From the NCBI GenBank assembly GCA_963693365.1, contig CAVNZM010000008.1, positions 2,633,572 to 2,697,571 of the forward strand: a stretch of DNA of 64,000 bases. Reading direction: 5' to 3'. The notes under the pieces are model-generated. The model searched no databases. It was not told the origin of the DNA and saw only the letters and a program-made list of their open reading frames with translations. The position numbers and the translations under genes are program-made. The stretch is from Amoebidium appalachense. Its lineage: Eukaryota > Protista > Ichthyosporea. Below are positions 1-11,889 of this stretch, in pieces. How positions within the stretch are numbered: the first letter of the stretch is position 1; each line of letters begins with the position of its first letter.

Positions 1-440
1 GCACCGATTCGCTATCAGTTGACATCGTGTTCAAGCAGTCAGCACCATGTGATTGTGTACTTTTCCTGACCAATTTTTGTATCCCTGATAGACAGAATAA
101 TGCTCGTAATTGTTGGGAAGCATATTCGTGTTTTTTTAGGAGTTGCTACATCAAAATACATTGTGTTCAAACACTGACGGCCAAGTTGCAAAGATCGGAT
201 TACAATCCAATCTGTCAAATGACAATTCTCAAGTCAAAACATGCTCTTGTTGATCCAATCAGAATTCATCAATCAGTCAGCAGATTTGGTTGAGCCCCAA
301 CTTATCGGATACACCAAGATGCCCAAATGACAATTAGCCAATCAGATATTCACGCGATCTCTAGATCCAATCAAGCGTCGCGGCTGGGGTATATCCAACC
401 AATCTAATGCAATAAAGCATCTGATGCCAAAGCCGGGCAC

Positions 441-453
441 GGCATATAAAAGC
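441..453 (+). promoter_or_regulatory. TATA-box motif GGCATATAAAAGC upstream of orphan gene A, preceded by several CCAAT boxes
   Basis: Motif read at 441-453; CCAAT words between ~255 and ~405; identical 13-mer on the minus strand at 4493-4505 upstream of gene B. Confidence 0.6.
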
Positions 454-529
454 CCATACTCTCTTCAATCCACACACCTTTTCCATGTTAGCTAGCTTCT
501 CCCTTGGCACACAACCAACTGTCACGAAA

Positions 530-1276
530 ATGAGTTCTAACATCAAAGATCTAGAAAGGCGCGCTAAAAAAATAGAGACAAGACTCAAGACTTTGGAGGA
601 GGATGCAAAGGTCCTGCGGGACACCCAGACCCGTTTCGCGTGCGCCCTTGCTAGGCACGCCCGCATGGCTTTAAGCAAGCGCACCACTACAGCAGCAACC
701 GTGGCACCCCCAGCGCTGACCGTGGCACCCCCAGCGCTGACCGTGGCACCCCCAGCGCTGACCGTGGCACCCCCTGTCCTGGCAGCGGCACCTGCACTTC
801 GTGCTGGCGAGCATGGCAGCTCCTATCCCGTGGACTTGGCCCCCCTGCCCCTGCAGCGCTCACGTTTGCACATCACACAGGGGTCCAAGACACGGGAGAA
901 ACCACGAAGACAGCAGAAGAGGACACGAGAGGAAGTCAGAAGCTCTGGGTCGGAGGAGGAGCACCATTCTCCAGTGCCTCCTTGGTTCAACTGGAAGACC
1001 TTCACACAGGGGTCCAAGACACGGGAGAAACCACGAAGACAGCAGAAGAGGACACGAGAGGAAGTCAAAAGCTCTGGGTCGGAGGTACAGGAGGAAGTGC
1101 CTCCTTGGTTCAAGACCTTGCTATGGGGACCTGAGGAGTACTCGTCTTCTGAGGAGCACTCGTCTTCCGAGTCCAAGACCTTGACACGGGGACAGCAGAA
1201 AAGGGCACGAGCCAGTGAAGCCAGCAGCTCTGGGGCGTCTTCCGAGTCTTCAGACGGAGATATCAACTGGCCTTGA
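530..1276 (+). CDS. Intronless orphan protein A: N-terminal coiled coil, (TVAPPAL)x4 repeat, duplicated basic/acidic 43-aa block with NLS-like KPRRQQKRTR
   Basis: Open frame 485-1276; ATG at 530 preferred because its leader (CACACAACCAACT...CACGAAAATG) matches that of gene B; heptad pattern in IKDLERRAKKIETRLKTLEEDAKVLRD; 129-bp internal duplication (873 vs 1002). No family recognised. Confidence 0.6.
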   Translation: MSSNIKDLERRAKKIETRLKTLEEDAKVLRDTQTRFACALARHARMALSKRTTTAATVAPPALTVAPPALTVAPPALTVAPPVLAAAPALRAGEHGSSYPVDLAPLPLQRSRLHITQGSKTREKPRRQQKRTREEVRSSGSEEEHHSPVPPWFNWKTFTQGSKTREKPRRQQKRTREEVKSSGSEVQEEVPPWFKTLLWGPEEYSSSEEHSSSESKTLTRGQQKRARASEASSSGASSESSDGDINWP

Positions 1277-1334
1277 CACGGTGAAAAAAGGGGCCGCTAT
1301 TAGAGAGTAGCCTCAGGCTATTCTAGTGCTTGTG

Positions 1335-2775
1335 TGCAGGTGTACTTAACATTGAGTGTACTTGGGGTGGGGCTGTGCAGACGTGTACTTAAAGGGTGGG
1401 GCTGTGCAGACGTGTACTTAGGATGGTGCAGACGTGTACTTAAAGGGTGGGGCTGTGCAGACGTGTACTTAAAGGGTGGGGCTGTGCAGACGTGTACTTA
1501 GGATGGTGTAGAGGTACTTAGGGTGGTGCAGAGTGTACTTAGGGTGGTGCAGAGTGTACTTAGGGTGGGGCTGTGCAGAGTGTACTTAGGGTGGTGCAGA
1601 CGTGTACTTAGGGTGGGGCTGTGCAGAGTGTACTTAGGGTGGTGCAGACGTGTACTTAGGGTGGTGCAGACGTGTACTTAGGGTGGTGCAGACGGGTACT
1701 TAGGGTGGTGCAGACGTGTACTTAGGGTGGTGCAGAGGTGTACTTAGGGTGGTGCAGACGTGTACTTAGGGTGGTGCAGAGGTGTACTTAGGGTGGGGCT
1801 GTGCAGAGGTGTACTTAGGGTGGTGCAGACGTGTACTTAGGGTGGTGCAGACGTGTACTTAGGGTGGTGCAGACGGGTACTTAGGGTGGTGCAGACGTGT
1901 ACTTAGGGTGGTGCAGAGGTGTACTTAGGGTGGTGCAGACGTGTACTTAGGGTGGTGCAGAGGTGTACTTAGGGTGGTGCAGACGTGTACTTAGGGTGGT
2001 GCAGAGGTGTACTTAGGGTGGTGCAGACGTGTACTTAGGGTGGTGCAGACGTGTACTTAGGGTGGTGCAGAGGTGTACTTAGGGTGGTGCAGACGTGTAC
2101 TTAGGGTGGTGCAGAGGTGTACTTAGGGTGGTGCAGACGTGTACTTAGGGTGGGGCTGTGCACCACAGTGTACTTAGGGTGGTGCAGACGTGTACTTAGG
2201 GTGGGGCTGTGCAGAGGTGTACTTAGGGTGGTGCAGAGGTGTACTTAGGGTGGTGCAGAGGTGTACTTAGGGTGGTGCAGACGTGTACTTAGGGTGGGGC
2301 TGTGCACCACAGTGTACTTAGGGTGGTGCAGACGTGTACTTAGGGTGGGGCTGTGCACCACAGTGTACTTAGGGTGGTGCAGAGGTGTACTTAGGGTGGT
2401 GCAGACGTGTACTTAGGGTGGTGCAGAAGTGTACTTAGGGTGGTGCAGACGTGTACTTAGGGTGGTGCAGAGGTGTACTTAGGGTGGTGCAGACGTGTAC
2501 TTAGGGTGGGGCTGTGCACCACAGTGTACTTAGGGTGGTGCAGACGTGTACTTAGGGTGGGGCTGTGCAGAGGTGTACTTAGGGTGGTGCAGAGGTGTAC
2601 TTAGGGTGGTGCAGAGGTGTACTTAGGGTGGTGCAGAGGTGTACTTAGGGTGGTGCAGACGTGTACTTAGGGTGGGGCTGTGCACCACAGTGTACTTAGG
2701 GTGGTGCAGACGTGTACTTAGGGTGGGGCTGTGCACCACAGTGTACTTAGGGTGGTGCAGAGTGTACTTAGGTGG
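1335..2775 (+). repeat. Minisatellite of 22-29 bp units with constant core GTGTACTTAGGGTGG (one TTAGGG in most units)
   Basis: Units GTGTACTTAGGGTGGTGCAGA(C/G) (22 bp), ...GGGGCTGTGCAGAG (27 bp) and ...GGGGCTGTGCACCACA (29 bp); roughly 60 copies estimated from length; degenerate remnants to ~2895. Confidence 0.97.
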
Positions 2776-3177
2776 GTGTCTTGTGGTGAAAGTAAAGTTT
2801 ATGGCATACAGGCAGATGTGTGCTTTAAGCCTTAGGGAACTGTGGGCAGACATGTCAACACTTGGGCCTATGGGTAGACGTGTACACACTTAGTGTATTT
2901 GTTTGTGTCTCTCATGGTTATTTTATAGCATGAAGCACTGCAAAAAATGGTGTATGTTTCCGTGGTCCACGTACACAGAATCCTTTAATATGAACACAAG
3001 TGATTGTATAGAAAAAGAGTACGTACGTACATGATAGTCTAGTCAGATTACAAAGAACAAATCAACTTGGACCGAGTATATTCAAATACAAACTAAAAGA
3101 GAAAAGAAACAAATAAATCAAGACCGATCAATTCAAATACAAATCAAAAGAGAATGCCACTTAGTCGACCAATCAAA

Positions 3178-4398
3178 TCAGTACATCTCATGCTCATACT
3201 GGTCAAACTCTTCCTGGTCAAGATCAATGAGGGGAATTTCTTCAGTTTGTTTATGTTTGGGTTCAGGTTTGCGGTCATACACGACCGACTCACGATCAGA
3301 CGCAGATTCGTCATCTGTCATATCATCGAGTACCTGATTTGCCCGTCGTTTGAGCCGCTTGGGGTTGAATGCTTCATCTGAGTCCCAATCACATTGATCA
3401 TGGACGCGTTTGGCGGGTGAGGCAGGTGAAGAGACAGACTCATTACCACCTGTGTATGCCTTCAAGTTCTTCTCCCGTCGCAGAATCTTCCTTCGGATGC
3501 TTTTTATGGTGTTTTGGGCTGCACACACAGCAGCAATGGCCAGGCCCTCCGCCATTTCATCTTCAGCCGCCTTTGCCTCTTTGACACGCTCTCGAGCATT
3601 CTGGAGCTCCCCCCTCACACTAGTTAGCTGTGCATCGAGGTCCATCGTATGGTCATGCAACGAAGTCTCAGGTGTTTTGGTGTGCTTGGGCCTGGGCTTA
3701 GCGGCAGGGGTGGTCTTGGCAGGAGTGGTCTTGGTGGTAGGGGTGGTCTTGGCAGGAGTGGTCTTGGTGGTAGGGGTGGTCTTGGCAGGAGTGGTCTTGG
3801 TGGTAGGGGTGGTCTTGGCAGGAGTGGTCTTTGCGGCAGGGGTGGGGGCAGTCACAGGGGTGGTCTTTGCGGCAGGGGTGGGGGCAGTCACAGGGGTGGT
3901 CTTTGCGGCAGGGGTGGGGGCAGTCACAGGGGCGGTCTTTGCGACAGGGGTGGGGGCAGTCACAGGGGTGGTCTTTGCGGCAGGGGTGGGGGCAGTCACA
4001 GTGGTGGTGTTGGCGGCAGGGGTGGGGTCAGCAGTCACAGTGGTGGTGTTGGCGGCAATGGTAGTCTTGCGAGGGCCACTGAAAATGTAGTTTTCATAGG
4101 CCACCTGGCCATCCCGACGGGGTGCTGCAGCCCGTTGCAGGCTGGCAAGCTCGGCCTGCAGGGTCTTGATCTGCTCTTCGGCTGCCCTCAGTCGTGCCTC
4201 TACATCAGAGGGCTGGGGTTGGGGGGGTCGGGGGGTACGCGCAGCATTCTCATTGGTCACTTGACTGCGGAGGCTGGTGAGGTCGGTGCGGAGGCTGGTG
4301 ACGTCGGTGTGCAGGGCCGTTAAGCGAGACGAATGGTCCGTGTACAGAAAATCAAAGCGCTTCTGCAGCTGTTGAAGCTCCTCTTTCCAAGAATCCAT
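3178..4398 (-). CDS. Intronless orphan protein B (406 aa): coiled coils flanking Thr/Pro/Ala/Lys repeats, NLS-like and SIM-like motifs in an acidic tail
   Basis: Uninterrupted ATG-to-stop ORF; heptad-like segments (LTALHTDVTSLRTDLTSLRSQV; LDAQLTSVRGELQNARERVKEAK); 39-bp and 33-bp in-frame repeats (AKTTPVTAPTPA, AKTTPTTKTTP); PKRLKRR; EEIPLIDLDQEE. No family recognised. Confidence 0.7.
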   Translation of the reverse strand: MDSWKEELQQLQKRFDFLYTDHSSRLTALHTDVTSLRTDLTSLRSQVTNENAARTPRPPQPQPSDVEARLRAAEEQIKTLQAELASLQRAAAPRRDGQVAYENYIFSGPRKTTIAANTTTVTADPTPAANTTTVTAPTPAAKTTPVTAPTPVAKTAPVTAPTPAAKTTPVTAPTPAAKTTPVTAPTPAAKTTPAKTTPTTKTTPAKTTPTTKTTPAKTTPTTKTTPAKTTPAAKPRPKHTKTPETSLHDHTMDLDAQLTSVRGELQNARERVKEAKAAEDEMAEGLAIAAVCAAQNTIKSIRRKILRREKNLKAYTGGNESVSSPASPAKRVHDQCDWDSDEAFNPKRLKRRANQVLDDMTDDESASDRESVVYDRKPEPKHKQTEEIPLIDLDQEEFDQYEHEMY

Positions 4399-4492
4399 GT
4401 TTCGTGTGAGTGTTTGAAAAACAAGTTTGTTGTGTGTCGCCTTTTACTATTGAGTGTCAGTGTTGAAATGAGTGAATGTGACCGTGTGTGCT

Positions 4493-4505
4493 GCTTTTAT
4501 ATGCC
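4493..4505 (-). promoter_or_regulatory. TATA-box motif GGCATATAAAAGC upstream of orphan gene B
   Basis: Plus strand reads GCTTTTATATGCC, ~95 bp upstream of the gene B ATG; identical to 441-453. Confidence 0.6.
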
Positions 4506-4691
4506 ACGGTACAAAGCAGCTTACAGCAATGGTGCCAAGGCTCAATGGGATAGATCTCTCCAATCAACGGTCATTGTCACTCAAACGGCCTTGATGGTTG
4601 GCAAAGTATCACGTCTAAGCTTGATGAAAACAAACCCGTGGCTGCTAACCATTGGCCGGGTATAGATCTAACCAAAAAAGGAAGGCACAAC

Positions 4692-5022
4692 AAATTGGTG
4701 CCTGCACACGGAGCATGCCTATAGGCTGTTTAGACACCACACGTGTAGGGCGCTGCCTCTTGGCACCAACCAGAAGAGGGTAGAAATTGGCGCCTGCACA
4801 CGGAGCATGCCTATAGGCTGTTTAGACACCACACGTGTAGGGCGCTGCCTCTTGGCACCAACCAGAAGAGGGTAGAAATTGGTGCCTGCACACGGAGCAT
4901 GCCTATAGGCTGTTTAGACACCACACGTGTAGGGCGCTGCCTCTTGGCACCAACCAGAAGAGGGTAGAAATTGGTGCCTGCACACGGAGCATGCCTATAG
5001 GCTGTTTAGACACCACACGTGT
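4692..5022. repeat. 92-bp tandem repeat, ~3.6 near-identical copies
   Basis: AAATTGG unit starts at 4692, 4784, 4876, 4968; each unit contains the palindromes GCATGC, GCCTATAGGC and ACACGTGT. Confidence 0.95.
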
Positions 5023-5089
5023 TGTGGCTTCTGCCTTTATCACCCACACACCCACACGTGCCAACATACACTATCCTCCCCGTGAGTGG

Positions 5090-5510
5090 CATGCCAGTCT
5101 CCCCAGCCCCCCTGCCCCCCAGCCCCCCTGCCCCCCTGCCCCCCTGCTCCCCTGCTCCCCTGCCCCCCCTGCTCCCCTGCCACATGCACACCCACACACT
5201 GGGTGCCCCCCCTGCTCCCCTGCCTCCCGGAACCAGGCCCCAGTGAGTGCTCACGTGCCTCCCCCTGCTCCCCTGCTCCCCTGCCTCCCGGAACCACGCC
5301 CCCAGTGGAGTCTCTTAGTACACGTGACCATGGTCATATGCATACACAACATTTATCCACGCTGTGAGTGGCCCCCCAGTCTCCCCTGCTCCCCTGCCTC
5401 CCCTGCACGTGTGCCTCCCCTGCCTCCCGGAACCACGCCCGGCGCAGTGCCAGTGAGTGCTCCCCTGCACGTGTGCCTCCCCTGCCTCCCGGAACCACGC
5501 CCCGGCGCAG
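5090..5510. repeat. Degenerate C-rich repeats built on CCCCTGCT, with four copies of CCCCTGCCTCCCGGAACCA
   Basis: Motif seen near 5217, 5278, 5417, 5479; strong C/G strand skew. ORFs here are low-complexity artefacts. Confidence 0.85.
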
Positions 5511-5543
5511 TGGCAGCTATTTTTAGATATAGAGATTCCATGG

Positions 5544-5643
5544 CCATATGGCCAGATGGCCAGATCATTTTGCTCACCGTTTTATCCCGTTTTATCCACC
5601 TTTTTCCACACACTGAATTTGACCTGGCCATCTGGCCATCTGG
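5544..5643. repeat. Short imperfect inverted repeat (~24-bp arms made of ATGGCCAG units)
   Basis: CCATATGGCCAGATGGCCAGATCA (5544-5567) versus TGACCTGGCCATCTGGCCATCTGG (5620-5643). Confidence 0.7.
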
Positions 5644-5758
5644 GTAGAGACCGTTTTCTGTTCTGATATTGGAGAACTGTCTGATAGTGATAGCAAATGT
5701 CATTCGAAGAACAATCGGGAAACCCCGTGGTGTGACAACCAATCAGAATGAAGCAATA

Positions 5759-6165
5759 TTGGGATATTCGGGTTGGTTGTAAGGTTTTCCGGGTCGGGCC
5801 GAAGGCCTTAACGGGCCTGCGGCCCGTCTATTGGGCCATAGGCCCTAGGCCGCTAGGCCTGGGGCCCGGGGACCCCGGGGACCCGGGGGCCCGGCCCGGC
5901 CCGCGAGCCACCCCCCCCCCCCCCCGGCCCGGCCCGGCCCCCCGGCGCCCGGGGTTAGCAGACTCTGCTAACCCCGGGCGCCGGGGGGCCGGGCCGGGCC
6001 GGGGGGGAGGGGGTGGCTCGCGGGCCGGGCCGGGCCCCCGGGTCCCCGGGGTCCCCGGGCCCCAGGCCTAGCGGCCTAGGGCCTATGGCCCAATAGACGG
6101 GCCGCAGGCCCGTTAAGGCCTTCGGCCCGACCCGGAAAACCTTACAACAAACCCGAATATCCCAA
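5759..6165. repeat. ~407-bp GC-rich near-perfect palindrome with 1-nt centre (foldback element)
   Basis: Arms 5759-5962 and 5964-6165, centre ...GGGGTTAGCAGA-C-TCTGCTAACCCC...; arms differ by one substitution near the ends and within one poly-C tract. Confidence 0.97.
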
Positions 6166-7158
6166 AGCGTTTCTTTGTCGACCAATGGCTAAGGGGTAAC
6201 AGGGCTTGAATAGATGGCCAGCTTTTTCGATAAAGCCACGTAATACCGGTAAAAAAAACCAACATTATTTTTATCTCGCGTTGGGTACTCTGTAAGCCGC
6301 TCAGTGTACGTACAAATTAGTTATACCTCGTAGCATCGTTTTCTAGCCATGTACAGTTTTAAAAGTGGAATTTCTGTTAGCCTTAGTTTCAGAAGCTCAT
6401 CAAAGTCTCACATATGCATCATGCATCATATCTGTCTGCAAAATCTGCCAGGCAAACCCTACGCCACATGTGCACATGTGTGCAATCCTTCGGAGCCGGG
6501 AGGACATGGCCGGTATCCGATGCATAATTCATCACCTTGAGTCAAGGACAAACATGCACCAATCAGATTAACCCTCCTGATGAACCAAAGCTGATAAGCT
6601 GATATATAAAGAGGAACGCCGCCACAACGGCACTTGCATTTTTCACTGCCATATATGCCAACTATCACATACGTACACCACACCATACATCATACCCCCT
6701 TTGATTATACTCTTATAGCTGTCTTTGCCTGGACCAGCCAAAACTGGTAGCATTATTTGATAAATGCGCTTTCTACTCGAGTTTATACAATGATCGTTCC
6801 CTTTTCCTTCAGATATAGATGATCGTTAAACTTCTCAAAATTTACGCTCACCAACCGTACACTGAAGCCCCAAGCTCGAGTGCACACATGGATTACAGCA
6901 CACACCACAAAAGTAACTTAAGAATACCAAAATTGCTTAGAAGCCTTGTAGTATTGGGTGCAAAAAGTTGGTTGCGCATATAGCCCAATGATACTATGAG
7001 CAATAGAGTTTAGCCGAAACTTTCCGAAACGTTTGATGCTGCCAAGTGACATTTATGTGCTAGCAGACACCCCAACACATTTATACTTGGTTTAATAACC
7101 AAATGATGAGTAGCAATTCAACACAAAACTCCAACATCCGTTCACCGAACATCAAACA

Positions 7159-7938
7159 ATGCTTAGCTTTTTCATAGCACTCCTCGAAGCAGCTTTACTT
7201 CCATCACTCCTCTGGCTCCGGCTTCAAGGCTTTAATCCCTTCACAATGGCGAACATGCTCTATGCAGTTTTGGCTTTGCTCGTTCTCGTTGGCTTCGTTG
7301 CAGCAGTGGGGTGGTTGTTGACTCCCCCCGGTGTGTTAGATGACACACGAGAAGCCTTCGTTGTTCGTTTTGTAGATGCCAAAACGAATTTGATCAAGCA
7401 TGCATGGGGCGTGGAAGGCGAACAAGCGCTCGTTCACTTGGAGGAAAAAGGGATGGCTTGTTTGGTTTCAAAGGAACTTCGCCGAAATGTGATCCATTAC
7501 TCCGATATTGAGCAAGTAAACCGACATATTTTGGAACCCGACTACGTTACCATCACTCTAACTGGTGGTGGCCGTATTACATTCTGCACGTATGAAAGCG
7601 CACAACTCGAATTTAGCATCAAATTCTGGCGCGAGCAAACACTTCCCCAAATCATCCCTGCAAGTCCTTTGCAGAAACCTCTACCATGGTGGAAACATGT
7701 ACTTCGGGTCGCTACAAAAGGCGGGAAAACAGTGTGCAACCCTCTCACTGGGAGAAATGAAGCCCAACCTGAGGAGCACACACCACTACTTTCGCGGGCG
7801 GCCCCGGTTAGTGAAATGGCAATGGATGATAGCAGCGAGAAAATGACCGTATTGGCAGTGACTCCCGGGCCATCATCAAAACCTGGGTTTCCTGTGAGGA
7901 GAAACTCTCATGCTGTTTCTATTTCAGTCGCGGCCTAA
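7159..7938 (+). CDS. Intronless membrane-anchored protein with a PH-like beta domain
   Basis: 259-aa ORF with normal composition; two hydrophobic N-terminal segments; FVVRFVD...IHYSDIEQV...YVTITL...ITFCTYESAQLEFSIKFW follows a PH-fold strand/helix pattern (by eye). Confidence 0.6.
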   Translation: MLSFFIALLEAALLPSLLWLRLQGFNPFTMANMLYAVLALLVLVGFVAAVGWLLTPPGVLDDTREAFVVRFVDAKTNLIKHAWGVEGEQALVHLEEKGMACLVSKELRRNVIHYSDIEQVNRHILEPDYVTITLTGGGRITFCTYESAQLEFSIKFWREQTLPQIIPASPLQKPLPWWKHVLRVATKGGKTVCNPLTGRNEAQPEEHTPLLSRAAPVSEMAMDDSSEKMTVLAVTPGPSSKPGFPVRRNSHAVSISVAA

Positions 7939-8691
7939 CACTTTGGTTCAACCACCCAGTCTTTCTTTGGGGTTTGTCCGTTTGGTTGTGTTTTTGGGCT
8001 TTCCGGTTTAATTTCGAAATTTCGTTCTCTAGTATTCCAGAGAGGCTATTCTTTTAAATTTTTGATTTTGTCTTTTCCTTTTCTCTTGTTTTTTTCTTCC
8101 CCCCCCCCCCCCCCCTTTTTTTTTTTGGGGGGGGGGGGGTAATATGCAAATTTAACACCTAGGCATGTATTTGCTCCATGTTCAATCTAGTTCACACATA
8201 CATGCAGCAGTTCTCGTGCGTTTCCGTTTTTGTTCCACTAAACATTGATGCAACGTGTTTTTAATAGTCTCTTCCAACACATGAATGGGTACCGCGCGGC
8301 TGTTGTTGGTGTTGAACTTTATACTGGTCCCTTGTCTTACTTGGATATGTCTCTTAATACCGCATTTCCCAATATGCATTCCGCTATCTCTGCTGGCCAG
8401 AGGCGCGGCATGTATATGTCACAGTATATCCGATAATTTTCGAATTTTCGCAACCATCCTGTATTTTAGCTAACACACCCTGCTGGTCAGGGGAAATGCA
8501 CGAATGATGCTAGGCTCTAATGCGCGTTTTGCATTACAAAGTTTCTCTAAGCCACAACCTCTGCTCATCCATAAGCAGTAACATGATATCCTCCCCTGCC
8601 ACTGGCCCCCAACCCTGGCACTCACACACACGCACTCCCTTCCAAATTCCCTTATCCCCCCCCTTCTCCCCACACACGTTTCCGTGCAGTC

Positions 8692-8744
<53 letters not shown>

Positions 8745-8922
8745 AAATGTGAAAAAGAGAAAGAAAAAGGAAAATCCTTGTGTCCCTAGTTGACTCTGGT
8801 GTGCAGAACGCCTATTTCGCCTCACACCCAGTAATTTTTTTCGCCCTTTTATGCGGTGATTTCTCCTTTACTTCCCCGTTCAACGTCGTTTTCTGCATCC
8901 CAGTCTATGCTGTTGTGTCACG

Positions 8923-8960
<38 letters not shown>

Positions 8961-9043
8961 TTTCCCCACACCCCCCACCCACCCACCCAAACCTTCCCCA
9001 GGAGGCTCCTCCTGGCTTCCCAGCCACTGGTCCCGTCCCACTC

Positions 9044-11127
<2,084 letters not shown>

Positions 11128-11279
11128 AATGGCTTCATATCATATCATCAATATCACTGTATCAAATTTAAATGGTAGCGAAGATGAAAAGCCATTCAAG
11201 CGCAAGCTCCGACCTACCTAGCCATTCATCCGACTTTCATGCTTATATTTAATCCATTTGCTCTAAGTTTGTGTGTATG

Positions 11280-11337
<58 letters not shown>

Positions 11338-11377
11338 ATGCGCGCGCGTGTGTGTGCGTGTGTGTGTGTGCTTGTGC

Positions 11378-11510
<133 letters not shown>

Positions 11511-11550
11511 ATGTGCTGTATTCGTGCGTGTGTCCATGTGCTGTGCGTGT

Positions 11551-11641
<91 letters not shown>

Positions 11642-11889
11642 CGCGCGCATGCGGGCGCGCACGGGTGTGCGGGTGTGCGGTTTTGTGTCTGTTGGTGTGC
11701 GCAACAGACCTTCACGTGCATTGTGTTTATGTGCATGTGCTTGCATGTGATTGTTTGTTTTCCTTTCCGAACTTACTTTCTTTGTATGTGTATGTGCGAC
11801 TTGTTTAACACGGCTATACTGCGGGACAAAAAATAAAAACATACCGGACACTGTGACTCACGTATGCATTGTCCCTATGACAAACAGTT

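Noticed and set aside
1335-2775. CRISPR-like array (constant core with variable intervening sequence)
   Set aside because: Intervening parts are only 7-14 nt and recur as a handful of variants; no unique spacers and no cas genes; eukaryotic context.
3410-4323. Plus-strand ORFs overlapping gene B
   Set aside because: Antisense shadows of the in-frame repeats of the 406-aa minus-strand ORF.
5831-6093. Nested hAT insertion at the centre of the palindrome
   Set aside because: The flanks of the TAGGCCCT ends (TTGGGCCA / TGGCCCAA) are inverted, not a direct 8-bp TSD.
4991-6185. Pro/Gly-rich ORFs, including mirror-image ORFs 5748-6071 and 5955-6185
   Set aside because: Produced by C-rich repeats and the palindrome; no coding signature.
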